64,000 bases of DNA from positions 11,098,001-11,162,000 of the forward strand of contig OZ176054.1 of NCBI GenBank assembly GCA_964247055.1. Reading direction: 5' to 3'. The notes beneath the pieces were generated by a model. The model did no database searches, had not been told where the DNA came from, and saw only the letters and a program-made list of their open reading frames with translations. The translations under genes and the position numbers were made by a program. Origin of the DNA: Paragordius varius (lineage: Eukaryota; Animalia; Nematomorpha). Position 1 is the stretch's first letter. Each line of letters opens with the position of its first letter. Shown one piece after another: positions 45,671-58,639 of the stretch.

Positions 45671-46159
45671 CTCTAACTAGTATGACAGACTGTGATATAT
45701 TAATATATGTAAATTTTTTATTTAGCGTAACGGTGCGAATCATCCAACATTTCCTGACATGTCGAAAATATTTATTAATTTATATTTTATAAATTTATTT
45801 TATTGTCGGTAATAAAATCATAGGCGTCAAAAATATTGCCTACATTTAAACAAAAAAAATCCTTTATTAACGTAAAGAAAAATTATAAAGTTTTTTGATT
45901 GTTTCTGCTAACGATTACACTCTTGTTTGGGCGCCATAGTCTGTGTCGAAAATATAAATTGTGGGTACCCCCAAGATTTAAGCTTGCCCCCCCCTTCCCT
46001 TATTAAGTGCATGATAAGTGAAAAAAGATTGGACAATTTATTGTTATGTGATAGGCAAATGGCGAATAAATGAATGAAAAAAATATATTGAAATACGAAA
46101 ATATAATTTTTGATTGAACCAATAGATGTTAGTTAGGTAGTGTTTTATTATATTAATTA

Positions 46160-47720
46160 AAAAAATTATGTTTTAAAATTTCGTTTTCTCGATTTTGAGT
46201 GAGAAAATTTTTTAATTATACCATTTTTATCCATTTGATTCGCCATCTCCGCTTTGATTGCTAATAACGATAGATTGCCTTTTTCAGCCATCGTGTGTCG
46301 AATAATTATTTTTGACTTTGAGAATGAATGTTCCGTTGTAGCAACCGTAACTGATAAAGTCAAAAACGATAATATTACTGTTATAACTTCATCACAACTG
46401 GCTGAAACTGTTGGGTACCTGAAATTTATAGCTCTGCAAATTGCCTAGCATTTTTAATTTGAGCCATCTTATCCTTCAATTAATCAGAATTTACCACTTT
46501 AATCGATAAATATTCACTCAAATCGTTTGTATAATTAATTGTTAATTTTCTAGCTTAATCGACAATTTCTACTTCACTCATATTAATTAATAACTATGAT
46601 GGAAGCAGAAAAGAAAACATATTCGCTACGTTATAAAAACCACTAAATCTGTTATTAATTAAAAATTACAATATCCAAAATTTTATTGAAAACATTCACT
46701 GAAAACTTATCATCTATATTAGAAAATCTATTGTCATCGGCGAATTCATCCATGTGTTTTTTTATGTCTCTTATCACTAAAAACAGGTTTAATGCCCCAT
46801 TTTATTATTGCCATCATGGCATCTTTTTTGCGGTTGTATATTCACTTCTATATTTTAATAAATCTGTCTTTTTACCTTTATAAGGGGTTTAATTTGATTG
46901 GAATGTTGTAGACTTTATGTATTTTATATAATAATATATGATACAAAAATATGCAAAGAAATATAATTTTCAATTAACATAGAAGTTTCTTTCCTCTCAT
47001 TTCTCTTTGTGCTCGTTAATGTTTTGTTGGCTAAAACCTTAATAAAATCAAAAATATTTTATTGTGAAGACGAATACCTTACGGTCCAACAGGAATTTAT
47101 TTTTTTTCAAACTTATTTCATCATGAGTAGCTCAAAGGTCCCATCTTTTGTAGCCAAAAAATGTATATATTGCCTGCAGAGTTGCAAAAAAAGCGGATGC
47201 TTCTCTACAAGATTTAATAGAATCAATTATAAAATTTAGATCATGAGCGATCAATGAACGTAAACAGCCTGGGGCTTATCCTTTCTAAGAGATTGTATTG
47301 CATCGTAAGTTCCGCTCACACTAGCTCCACCACTGGCCTCACACTTAATAATAATTTATAGTTTTTTGAAGATTTTTTATTATACTATATAAACCATGTG
47401 CCGATTGTTTATTAATTTCCTCAAGAGCCTAAAAACTTCCTAAATTTTATTTTTTTGTCATACCACTTTACTTAATAATTTTTCTAAATCACTTAATTGA
47501 TCTTTCCTGTGTAGTTTCTAAAATAAGAGTGTAAAAAGTCTGTTTCGATAAATCACTACTCTCAAACGCGTAGCAGTGCAGTCGATTCCCCGTTGTAATT
47601 AATGGAATTAAATATTTAATGTTACCCTGCGCTGGGGCTTATCCAGTACTTGCTTCATTTGCTATCATATTTTGCCAATCAAAAGTGCGATCATTAGGGA
47701 ACGTAATGAAATAACTATAT
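46160..47720 (-). mobile_element. Degenerate hAT transposase (ZMYM1/TTF-like type)
   Basis: hAT dimerisation domain LSVTVATTEHSFSKSK...IIKKFSHSKSRK (46166-46363); PQAVYVH(C)xAH remnant near 47250-47290; many stops. Confidence 0.75.
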
Positions 47721-48796
47721 GCGTATTTATTTGCTAAAAATAATAATTTTATAGTAATATAATTTACTTTCATTGTTAAATAAAATTTTATGAAATGGTA
47801 AATTTCTGTTGATTAAAAAGGTGGAGGGAAGATAATGGGTAAATATTCTAATAGTTAGACTATACTGATCAATCCCCCTTTTTTGTGAAATTGTGTAATA
47901 AGTATTGTGTAATCAGTATAAATTTTATTGGTTTTCTTCATCAATTACCTTTCCCCACATATATCAATTTACCATTTTATAAAATGTATATTCAACACTA
48001 TATCACTTGAAAATTAACAATTTTTTTTATTAATTAAACACGCATTTAGTCTTAACTATTTTATTAGTAATAATGCATTTCTCTCTTATTTAAAGCTAAT
48101 GTTATAATGTTTTTCTCAAATACCTTTACCCAAAAATTTGTTTCGTTACTTAGTTTGTTTTTTAAAATCCCGCTCAATCGCTTTACCCTATTTCCATCTA
48201 TCATAGGTGGAACAGCAGTTTATGTGATGCTTACTTCCTTGATGTATAGAAATTTTGGATAGTCAGTTTCCAATTCTTCACACCCTTTCACCAAATGTTC
48301 TTACTATCATTAGTGAACATCCAGCACAGCTACAATAGGCTAATTCAGTATTATACTGTACATATCCATGATCATTTTACAAGTACAGAACTAGTGTTCT
48401 TTTTGTAATAGGTGGTTGCTGAAAAGCAACGATTTTTTTGAAAAGGGCATCTTTTTAACAACATCACAACTCGTTCTTTTAGTAACTCTATATTTAAATA
48501 AATACCCATATAGGATTTTTATAAACGGCTTAAACTACGTTCACATTAGTATGACTCATACTATCCACATCTATACCAGAGCTTCTTAATCTTTTGTAGT
48601 TCCCGACCCCATTTATGATTGCGAGTTTCTTAACGACCCCAACAATTATAAAAGAAAAATAATAGTTTCTTCGTAACACTTAGAAAGTTGCTAATATTTA
48701 TTAGGATTATTTCGGTTTTGAGAGATTGAGAAAAATAATACATTTTTTATAAATTTCTATAACATTTTCTGATTCATAGTAAATTTATACAAGATA

Positions 48797-49200
48797 CTAG
48801 CTGGCCCTGTCACGCTTCGGTGTGGTGAGTCTCACCAATAATTATTTTTAATATTGCAATAAATAGAGTTAATGGAAATAATAAAAAATATTTAATAAAA
48901 ATAATGTCTTTAATTATTCTTTTACGGGTTTTTGCATAGGCTGAAATATTGACTCGAAATTGACCATATTTTATCTGTCCCTTATTGAAGTTAATATTCA
49001 ACTGTCATTCGATTTATTTTAAGTTTGTTTTACGAAGTCATGGTTAAAAGTTCTAATTTGAAATTGTGTTCATACAGCTGGGATCAAGGGATATAAATAG
49101 TAAATCATTTGTGGTCCCTTTTTAAAGGAAAGAATGATATTACAAATTCACCAGAAATGTGTTTAACTGAACTCCTATGGCTTTTTAAGTTTTTTGAAAA
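48797..49200 (-). mobile_element. Helitron 3' fragment
   Basis: Minus strand ends with a cacaccgaagcgtg hairpin then CTAG|T; upstream IPLIP...QFQIR...MT resembles the PIF1-helicase C-terminal IPLIP...QFPIRLAFAMT motif. Confidence 0.65.
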
Positions 49201-49272
49201 TTAGCTCCAAAATTACGCCCATTTTATATGGCGTCTCAGATTAACCCCTAGACCCCTGTCCATAGCCCTATA

Positions 49273-50860
49273 CAGTGGTACTCAAACCGCGGCCCGCGGG
49301 CCGCATGTGGCCCTAAGAGTGCTTTAAAATTGCCCTATGACCATATTGATACTGAAATTATTTTTTTTATTGATTAATTTTTAAAATACACATAAACAAA
49401 TTTTCGCTTATTTTAATATTAATTTATTTTCTTTAGTTTAATATAGGTAATTTTTATTTTTTACTCAATTTGAAATCTAGAAACATATCCCTACATTATA
49501 AAGATTTCAAAATTTTGGCACACGTTGTTTCCGTTTCTGTATTCTATTTTCTTTTCTTTTTAATGCATTCCTATTTCTATACACAAGCCCACACAAACTT
49601 ACATATACATATTCTTTTAATTGCTATCCTGCATCATTTTTTATAACTCATTGCCATTAAATATTTTTCAAATCGACATCATTAAATTTTGCCCTGTTTT
49701 TATGGCATAATTCAAATTATATTCCTATTTTTAATAAATTTTCAAAATATTTAAGCATAAATTCAAAGGATGACATCTAATGCTAAAAAACGTAAATTTT
49801 CCGATAAAATATTAAAAAAGAATGGAAAGAAAAATTCTTTGTCATATAAAATAAAGTTGTTACCTGCCATATATCTAAGGACAACATAATTATGAAAAAA
49901 TATCATATTGAAAGACATTTTTACAATCCATCATTTTCATAAATTACCCGAAAATCATTAGGAAAGAAACGAAAAATATAAAAAGATTAAGGAATTAAAG
50001 GGAAAATTTATCAAATCCATAGCTTTCTCCCAGGAAAAAGCTTTAACATTAGCTTCGTATGTAATTTGCTATATTTTAGGATAAAATATAAAACCGTTTA
50101 CTGATTCCCAATTAATAAAAGAATGTCTAATAAATGTTTGCACTTTTTTTGTTGATAAATTCCATAATAAAGATAAAATCATTAGGCAAATTAAAAGACT
50201 TCAACTACTGATTCAACATGTGCTCGAGGCATTAAAAAATGTCTAAATATATTTTTAACAATACATTATTGGCTCTGAAAAACGGAAAATATTTTAGTAT
50301 TGCTATTGATTCTAGCACTGATAATAGTTCACCACCTCAATGTGTTCGAGAGATTTTGCAACGACAACATAATCAACCAGGAAAATTTAAAATTTTACCA
50401 ATGAATATTTCCACGAAAGGAAGCGATTTTCTCGAAATAATTAGCACTTTTAATAAAAGTATATCTATGTAAAAATTAGTTTCTATCTGCACAGATGGTG
50501 TGAGACAGCATATTCAATGAAGTATGTCAAAAATACATACAGAAATCGCTTGACCGATGATCATATGGACGACGTATTAAGATTGACCTGTCATGAGGCG
50601 AAACCAAATTTGTCAAAAATTATTGGTTAATATCAAAATAAATGTTGTTATTATTTAATTTTTTAAACTAAATGGCGCAAAACGAGTTTTTAGCTGGATA
50701 TACATGCAATCCGCAAAAAATTCATTGTTCTGATTTAGAGTATATATATATGTGCATATGTGTCAAATAGCTATAGAATATTTGCCACTATAAGGTTCAT
50801 GTCCCTCGAAAAAAAATATATTTTATTTGGCCCGTCAAATTTTTTTGTTGAGTACCACTG
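49273..50860 (+). mobile_element. Internally deleted Buster/SPIN-type hAT transposon
   Basis: TIRs CAGTGGTACTCAA and TTGAGTACCACTG; remnants EWKEKFF...KYHIERHF, FSIAIDSSTD and RLTDDHMDDVLRL; flanks do not form a TSD. Confidence 0.88.
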
Positions 50861-50944
50861 AGCTAGCATCATGGGACACATTTGTCGAAATGAGTTTTTA
50901 AAATTCTTATTGCGTTTTCTTTCGCTCTTATTCTTTTTTCAGTC

Positions 50945-53900
50945 ATATTTGGTTAACGAAACCGAACATGATGCCACATTGACCAGGGTATTGCAACGAT
51001 TGGAAGCTGCAGGGTGAAACTGAGCATAAATAAATTGCAACTTGCCGTTTCATCTGTCAATTACATGGGATATGAAATTTCAAAGAATGGAATTCGTCCC
51101 GCCACTGACAAGATTCAAGCTTTGATCAATTGTCCGAGACCCACCAATAAGACAAAACTGAGATCATTTTTAGGACTGCTAAACTTTCACGAAAGATTCA
51201 TACCAAACCTGCATCAAGCGATATGCAACCTTCACAGAAACACAGGTTTAATTAGACCATGGGTCTGGACCGAGGTAGAAGAAGAGGAGTTCCAATCCGC
51301 AAAACACTAATGATAAATTACACCTTAATATCGTATAACCCAAATCGGCCGATACTAATAGAAACAGATGCATCAAACAAGGGATTTGGAGCAATTTTAC
51401 TACATACCCCGGAAGGAAAGCGTCCCATATCATACGCCTCATGCAAATGTACCGATGCCGAAACCAATTATTCAACAATAGAGAAAGAAGCAAAAGCTAT
51501 CACGTTTGCCATAGAAAAATTTAAACCATTTGTATATGGCAGAAAACTTAAAATTATAACCGACCACAAACCACTAATCGGGTTATTTGGTCGAACTCGA
51601 AATTCCCAAAATATTAATAAGGCTAAACTTCTTAGATGGATCTATAAAACATCGGGGTACCACTATGAAATCGAATATAAGAAAGGGCAGAACAATTTAG
51701 AGGACGCTCTATCCAGATTACCAAATAATGATAATATTACGGAGGTACAAAATGAAGATGATGATGTATCACATACGGTAAAATTTTTAACAATGAATAA
51801 ATTTAATCTAAGCAAAGAGTTAGTGGAAAATGAGATAACGTTAGATACACTGGCAAACAAACTTAAATCAGCAATAAGGACAAAAGATTAGAGTGATCCT
51901 AGTATTAAAGCTGAAAGTAAAAAAATAAAATTCAAATATACTATAATCTTTTATTTGTAAATGATAAATTACTAATACGCACATCCTTGCAGCGGGACCT
52001 AATTAAATTCCTACATACTGGACATAACGGACATAACGGAGCGATGAAACAACAAGCAAATCAATATATTGGCTAAACTTAGAAAGAGGTTTAGAAAATT
52101 TTGTAGAAACGTATAAACCGTGTCAAAGAAACAAGCCTAATATAAAGGAAACTCCAACGAAATGGAATTTCAAGGGAGAGAATTCACATCGACATAGCCG
52201 GACCCATATAATGATTGTTTTTGGTTAGTCACCATTGCGCCTCAAGATGGGTAGGTGGATTTACTCAAATTAATAACCTCACAACAATTATTGAATTGTT
52301 TAATAAAACTTATGGCCAGATTTGGTTTCCCGAGACTGATAGTCACAGATAATGGGTCATATTTTACATCCCATGAATTCAGTAGTACCTTACATAATCT
52401 TAATAAAAGATATTTTAGTGAGTCCATGATTTGTTTATTTGTACTTTCGGGATTTTAAATAAACATATGAGTAGATGTGTTTTTTCACGCATGAAATCAT
52501 GTGATAAAAGCGGCAAGACATTTAAATTCGATAGTTATCATCAAAGGGTAACATTATTTTACATTATTATATACTATAATATATTTAAAAATATGTTTCT
52601 TTTTTGTAATTATTAATTTTTTTTTGTAAAACCAAAAATCATTGTTCTACATATTATCTTTTTTTTCTAGTTCTTGGTGCCTTTTTATTTTATTTTTACT
52701 AGCATAGCCATAATTTTCTTCTATTTTTTTATGATTTCTATACAAAGTGAAATATTAATATTCATAATTTATCAAAATTGACAACATTTATAAAGGTTAA
52801 TTTTTAAGTGGAACTTATTTTATTATCCTAGATATTTAATTTTTTTTGTAAAGAGGGTAAGTGAGAGGGAAGGCAATGGCAAACCACCCTCGTTTATTAC
52901 TGCCAAAAAATAGTTTTACCATATGAACTTAACAAGACTTTTCAAAGTTGGATGCTGGAACGTACGTTCCTTAACAGAAACCAAACAGGTGTAATTGAAA
53001 AGGAAATGGAAAGATTGAACTTAGATATACTGGGTCTAACGGAAACCAAGCAAAAAGGTAGCGCGAAAGTACAAAACGAAAATTATACATTGTTAAGATC
53101 AAGGAGAGATGACTAGAAATCAGAAGGCGTTGCAGTATTAATAAAAAACAAATTAAATAAAAGTCTCATTAGTTATACACCATATACACCCAGAATCATG
53201 AGTATTAGGCTGAATGCTAAGCCACCTAAATTTACATACATAGTAGTCTATGCTCCTACGTCAATCGCTCCCAAAGAAGACATAGAGGATTTTTATGCAA
53301 AGTTGCAAATAATTTTGGAGGAAACGAAGAAAGTTGATATGATTATCATAGGAGGTGATTGGAACAGAAAAGTTGGTAGAGGTAGAGTAGATCAAATAGT
53401 TAGCCATATGGATTGGGAGAACGAAATGAGGCTGGGGAGGCACTGATCAATTTTTGCCAAGAAAATGAGATGATGATAACCAACACATGGTTTCCACAAC
53501 ACAATAGGAGGTTATACACATGGACCTCTTTATGCGGTAAATATAAGAACCAAATCGATTACATAATACCACAAAAATGGAAAAGCTCTGTACTCGATAC
53601 CAAAACAAGCAAAAGCAGCGATTGCTCTAGCTTTTAGTAATCAAAATCAAACTTAAAATAATTAAAAATAAGGTTAGCCAGACATACAGATATGACACTC
53701 GGAACATTCCAAATTGTTTTAGATCATAAACAAAAGATATATTAGAAAGATTGGACGACGAATGTAGCTCAGAACAATTATGGGGAACGATAAAAAATGG
53801 TATTAATGAAGTGGCAAAAGAAAAAGTGCAGAGGGTAAAGAGGAAAGATAATAAATGGATATCAGAAAAGATTTTAGAGATAGCAGAAAAGCGGAGAAAA

Positions 53901-56212
53901 GCTAAATTAAGAGGCGATAATAAAATGGTTAAATTATATAACAAAGAATTTTAACAAACAAGGAAGGATTATGATTTCTTAATAAACAAGTGGAATTAAA
54001 TAACAAAAAAGGATTAATGCAACTAATGTTCCAGGAAGCAAATGACTCATAAACCTTTTATATCATCCCAAAAGATTAAAAAAGAGAATGGCACCATATT
54101 GTGCAAACAAAAACAGTACGAGAAGGATGGAAGGAATACACCCAAAAACTCTATCAGGCTCCTTAAGAAAAAGTGTTGCAATTAAAAGAGGAAGAACTAG
54201 ATTCAGATATACTAAGAAAGTAGGTTGAATTAGCCTTAAATCAAATTCCTAACAACAAAGAGATGGTACACAATATCCCAATAGAGTTTATAAAAGCTAT
54301 TCCTGTAGAAAAGTTACACAAGTTATGTCAAAAGGTGTGGGAAACATGTGAGTGGCCAAACGACTGGATATCATCTGTATATCTACCAATATACAAAAAA
54401 GGAGATGTACTCCAGTGCGAAAATTACCGAAACATAGCTCTTATTAGCTACGCTAGTAAGGTCTTGCTAAAAATAATACTAAACAGGATGCACAGTATCA
54501 TACAGTCAGAAATACCAGAATATCAAGCCGGATTTATGAAAGGAAAAAGCACAAGAGACCATATCTCAAACATGAGAAGGATAATGGAAACATCTAGAGA
54601 GTTCCAGAAAGAATTATACATGTGTTTTATTGATTACAGACAAGCCTTCGATCCGATTATCTATGACTCCTTGTGAGAAACATTAAAGTTAGTAGGTGTA
54701 TCGTCCCACTTAATAAGATTGATTTGCTCTCTCTATGTAAAACAAAGAGCAATTATTAGAACATCAGCGGGGGACACAGACGATATACCTATCTTGAAAG
54801 GGGTCAGACAAGGGTGTTGCTTATCCCCTTATCTGTTCAATATGTGCACAGAAATGATAATGAGGGAGTTAGATGTTAAGAATATTGGAGTAAGAATAAA
54901 AGGGACAACAATCAATAATTTAAGGTTTGCGGACGATACCACTCTTATAGCTGAAAGTGTAAATGATTCGAAGGAACTGATCGAAGAGATTCAAAAGGAG
55001 TTTGAGTTATGGTTTTATGCTTAACCCTAACAAAACAAAATATTATGTACTGGAGAAAAGCCTACAATTATTATAGAAGGAGTAGAAATAGAAATAGTTA
55101 AACAGTTAATGTTTTTGGGCGCAATAATTTCAGAGGATGGGTCTTCAACTTCTGATATCAGAAAGAGAATAGGATTGGGTAGAGAAGCGATGACCAAATT
55201 AATAAAGATTTGGAAAAACAAAAGCGTAGGAGTTGAAACCAAAAAAATATTACTCTACTGTTTCGTTCTCCCGGTCACAACATATGGATGTGAAAGCTGG
55301 AATCTCAGAAAGAGGGACAAAGAAAGGCTCATGGCTTTCGAAAGGAGCTGCTGGCGTAGGATGCTAGGATACACCTGGAAGGATAAAATTAAGAATGGAA
55401 ATAACTACAGAAATAAAGCCTAAAACAAATATCCTGGAGATAATTCTAAAAAGAAAGTTAACATATTTTGGTCATAGAGAAAGATACAATGTTTGGGAAG
55501 GTAGAAGGACAAAGGAAACGAGGCCGACCACCGATGAGGTAGTTGGATATGATAAAAAAGTAAATACTAAAATGACACTAAACGATCTCAATCTAGCGGT
55601 AAAAGATAGAAGAAAATGGAAAGAAATAGTAAAAACTATATCCAAGAAGTCGTTTACTACTTAGGAATAACCAACCAACCAGTAAGTCCATACCATCCCA
55701 AGTCCAATGGATTGGTTAAAAGATGCATTGCAACCCTAAAATTTCGATATAGAGCTACCAAAACTCAGACAAGGCATGCACAAGAGGGAATCAACAAAAT
55801 TTTATATGGCTATCGAAACTCCACACACAGTGCAATTATATATCCCATCGAAGGTCTTTCTGAAGAGACACCCAAATGGTCCAATGTCATGGCTCAAATC
55901 GCAAACAATTGAGTTTATCGATAATGAAATAGAACCGACTCGCCAATTCGTTCCAATGCAAAAAGTTTTTATAAGAATGAAATAGGAAAAGGATGGAGGG
56001 CAGGGGAAGTATTAGAACGCAGGGGTCCATTGTCATATATGGTAAAATACGAAGAGTCCTAAGAAAACACGCTGATCAATTAAAACAAAGAATGGAAAGT
56101 CCGAGAACAACCACGGCAGTGCCAGAAATACCAATTACTTCAGAAGAAATTACCTCTGCTCCACTAAATCTTGAAGCCGCAAATAATGACATACAATCAT
56201 TGACGATAGACA
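50945..56212 (+). mobile_element. Gypsy-3 pol remnant (50945-~52396 and ~55657-56212) split by a LINE-containing insertion
   Basis: RT end, RNase H ETDAS...YSTIEKEA, integrase to TDNGSYFTSHEF, resuming at YLGIT...SPYHPKSNGLV after the insertion. Confidence 0.9.
52853..55656 (+). mobile_element. Near-full-length degenerate RTE-clade LINE
   Basis: APE endonuclease (GCWNVRSL, VYAPTS, GDWN, GERNEAG, NQIDYI) and RT (KKGD...NYRNIAL, QAGF, GVRQGC.LSP.LFN, RFADD, YGCESW); 5' motif gaaggcaatggcaaaccac; many stops and frameshifts. Confidence 0.94.
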
Positions 56213-56667
56213 TAGCAAGGGATAGTTTTTATTATTTAATTCATCATTTGGATTAATGTTTTTAGCGATTAAAATACGATTTACATGCTTTAAGTATTGT
56301 TTAAAATTAGTGTTTGGATCGTATTCGTTAATACTGATTTTGGAAATTTTATTTTCCATTTCTACACGCCACCAATGTATGAGTTTAATATAGAAATAAA
56401 ATAAAATTTTTATTATCTCAAATTTAGTTCATTTAACTGATTGCTTTGTGGTGGTACAGATGTATATATTTTAGCAAGGATAATTCAATAACCAAATTAG
56501 AATACTATTTGTATTAAATACAATGTCATATAAAATATCCATATATATAATAATAATTAGAGTACTTATCAAATACAATGTCATATAAAATATAAATAAT
56601 AACAATTTAACTTAAGGTTATAAACTTGGCAACTATGATTAGAATTCTATTTGTACATAAATGTCAT

Positions 56668-56704
<37 letters not shown>

Positions 56705-56750
56705 TAATAATTTAATTTAAGGTTATAACCAATAAACATAAATAAACATT
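56200..56750 (-). mobile_element. Inverted Gypsy 5' end: LTR (from 56376, far end uncertain), PBS TGGTGGCG (tRNA-Leu-like) and gag N-terminus
   Basis: MENKISKISINEYDPNTNFKQYLKHVNRILIAKNI is homologous to Gypsy-2 gag MDKISIEGYDDNFDFATYIRYVKRVMISKNV; CA, one base, then TGG junction. Confidence 0.82.
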
Positions 56751-56776
56751 AATTAACCGAAAAACGATTAAATAAA

Positions 56777-57050
56777 TTATTGGCGATTATAATGATATCC
56801 GTACCATTCCAAACCTGGAGTAAATGTGTCTCTTGATTGATACATATTAGTTGTTTTCCATCTATAATTGTAATATCTAAGCCCATTTGTAACTAAATCA
56901 TTGAAATACCCTTTTGTTGTTGTCATCACAAAATTCCTTTCATCTTTTAAACTTTTACCATTACATCCGAAAAAAACATGTCGAAATAATTATAAGGACA
57001 AATGTCAATGCAGGAATAGAGAAGTATTTGAAACTTCTAGCTGATTGCAT
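56777..57050 (-). CDS. Putative small secreted protein (90 aa) or first exon, interrupted by +1 T in a T7 run
   Basis: With one T removed at 56970-56976: MQSARSFKYFSIPALTFVLIIISTCFFGCNGKSLKDERNFVMTTTKGYFNDLVTNGLRYYNYRWKTTNMYQSRDTFTPGLEWYGYHYNRQ*; signal-peptide-like N-terminus; possible phase-1 donor at 56814. Confidence 0.5.
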
Positions 57051-58639
57051 AATTTTAAATAAATTCAAAGATACAGAAAAAATGTCCGGGATATTTGTTG
57101 TTTTTACGAAGTATTTTATGTTTTTGATTTTAATATATAATAAAAAAGTCTATTTAATATTTATTTTTACGTTCCAGTTTGTATTATTATATAAAGGATA
57201 TTTCTCTTAATATTTAAATATATAATTAGGTGTTACATAGGATGTTTTATTGTCTACATTTTTTGGCTTGCCACAAGCAATTTTTATAAAAAATAATTTT
57301 TATTTAGATAGAGAGGAATGCCTATAATGATGGTGATGCTTGCCAAACCATTTTAACAGTCAGTGTACAATATATATTTATAAAAAAATACCAAAGTAAA
57401 TTGGGTTAATCTTTACGTTGCGCGTTGTATTCATAACACTAGTCGACAAATTTAGATATTTTTAAGCACCACCACTCAAACTTTTTAAATTATGACTAAT
57501 TTCAGTGTTTTAAAACCGAATTTGAAAAATTTTTTGATCCCGCCAATCAGAATTTTGAAATTTTATAGGTTTTTCAATTTTTCAAAAACAAGAGAAAATC
57601 GAGATAAAATTAAATATAACTTTATAATAAAATGTTATTATATTATAAACTTCATATCATTTAATAAAGCGTTTTAAACTCTATCTTTTGAATATAAATA
57701 TGTCATTTAAATATCAGAGAGAAAAAAATAGTACGGACTTAAACGTCAAAATTTAGTCTTTTTTTTCAAATGAATTTTTAACACATATAAAATTTTTATA
57801 AAAAAATACTAAAAAAGGCATTCTATGGTTGAAACCTTCGGCTTTCAGATAGGCTATATTTTTTTGTTAGTTTTCGTTCTTTCGAGTACTTATTAGACTT
57901 TTTCTCTTGAGTTGGTTCTTATAAAAAATCCTTTATTTATACCTAGTGGATATACCTTATTTTTTTAATATTCTTGGTTGTTTTGTATTTTGAATTTCAG
58001 ATGGATGTTGTGTAGCCACTTTTAGTAGAATTTACTGTTATGGGGTTGGACCATTTGTATTTTACCTAATTTATATTCAATTTAATTGTAGAATTTATCT
58101 AACTTTATTCTGTAAATTGGTTAATTTGACATGTCAATTTGCCTGGATTTTGCTTGCAAGTCTCTCTTATCGGACTTTACGATTCTATTTGTTATCTTTG
58201 CCATATCTGGCATAATTATAGGATCGCTTGGGGGATATGCAGAGCTTGTGCAGCCGCCCATATCTATCACACTATACATAAGCCCCTTTTAGATTTTTAA
58301 TACTTTGGCTCTTAGCTTGTTTAGTATCTTATTTAATGCCTAGAATTTGTTATCCATGCATGGAATATTACTTGTATCGACTTGCTCGTTTGAATATTTA
58401 AACATATGTACACCAGGAATGATTGTTATTTTTGAATTAAATACAAATTTAAAAATTAAATTTTGGAAAAATCCTATTGGTGGCCTCAATTTTCTTTTTT
58501 GTTTTGGCCTTTCCATGCCATTAGGTATCAGAAAATGCAAAAATAATGGAGTGGTGCAAAACCTTGTTGAGCAGTGTAATATATACAAGGTCTGGTCAGA
58601 ATTACCGTTTTTTTGGTAAATAAACAGTTGGAAAGGAAA

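Noticed and set aside
57780-58600. Gene or LINE 3' remnant
   Set aside because: Only a vague Cys/His pattern and no continuous frame; cannot be supported.
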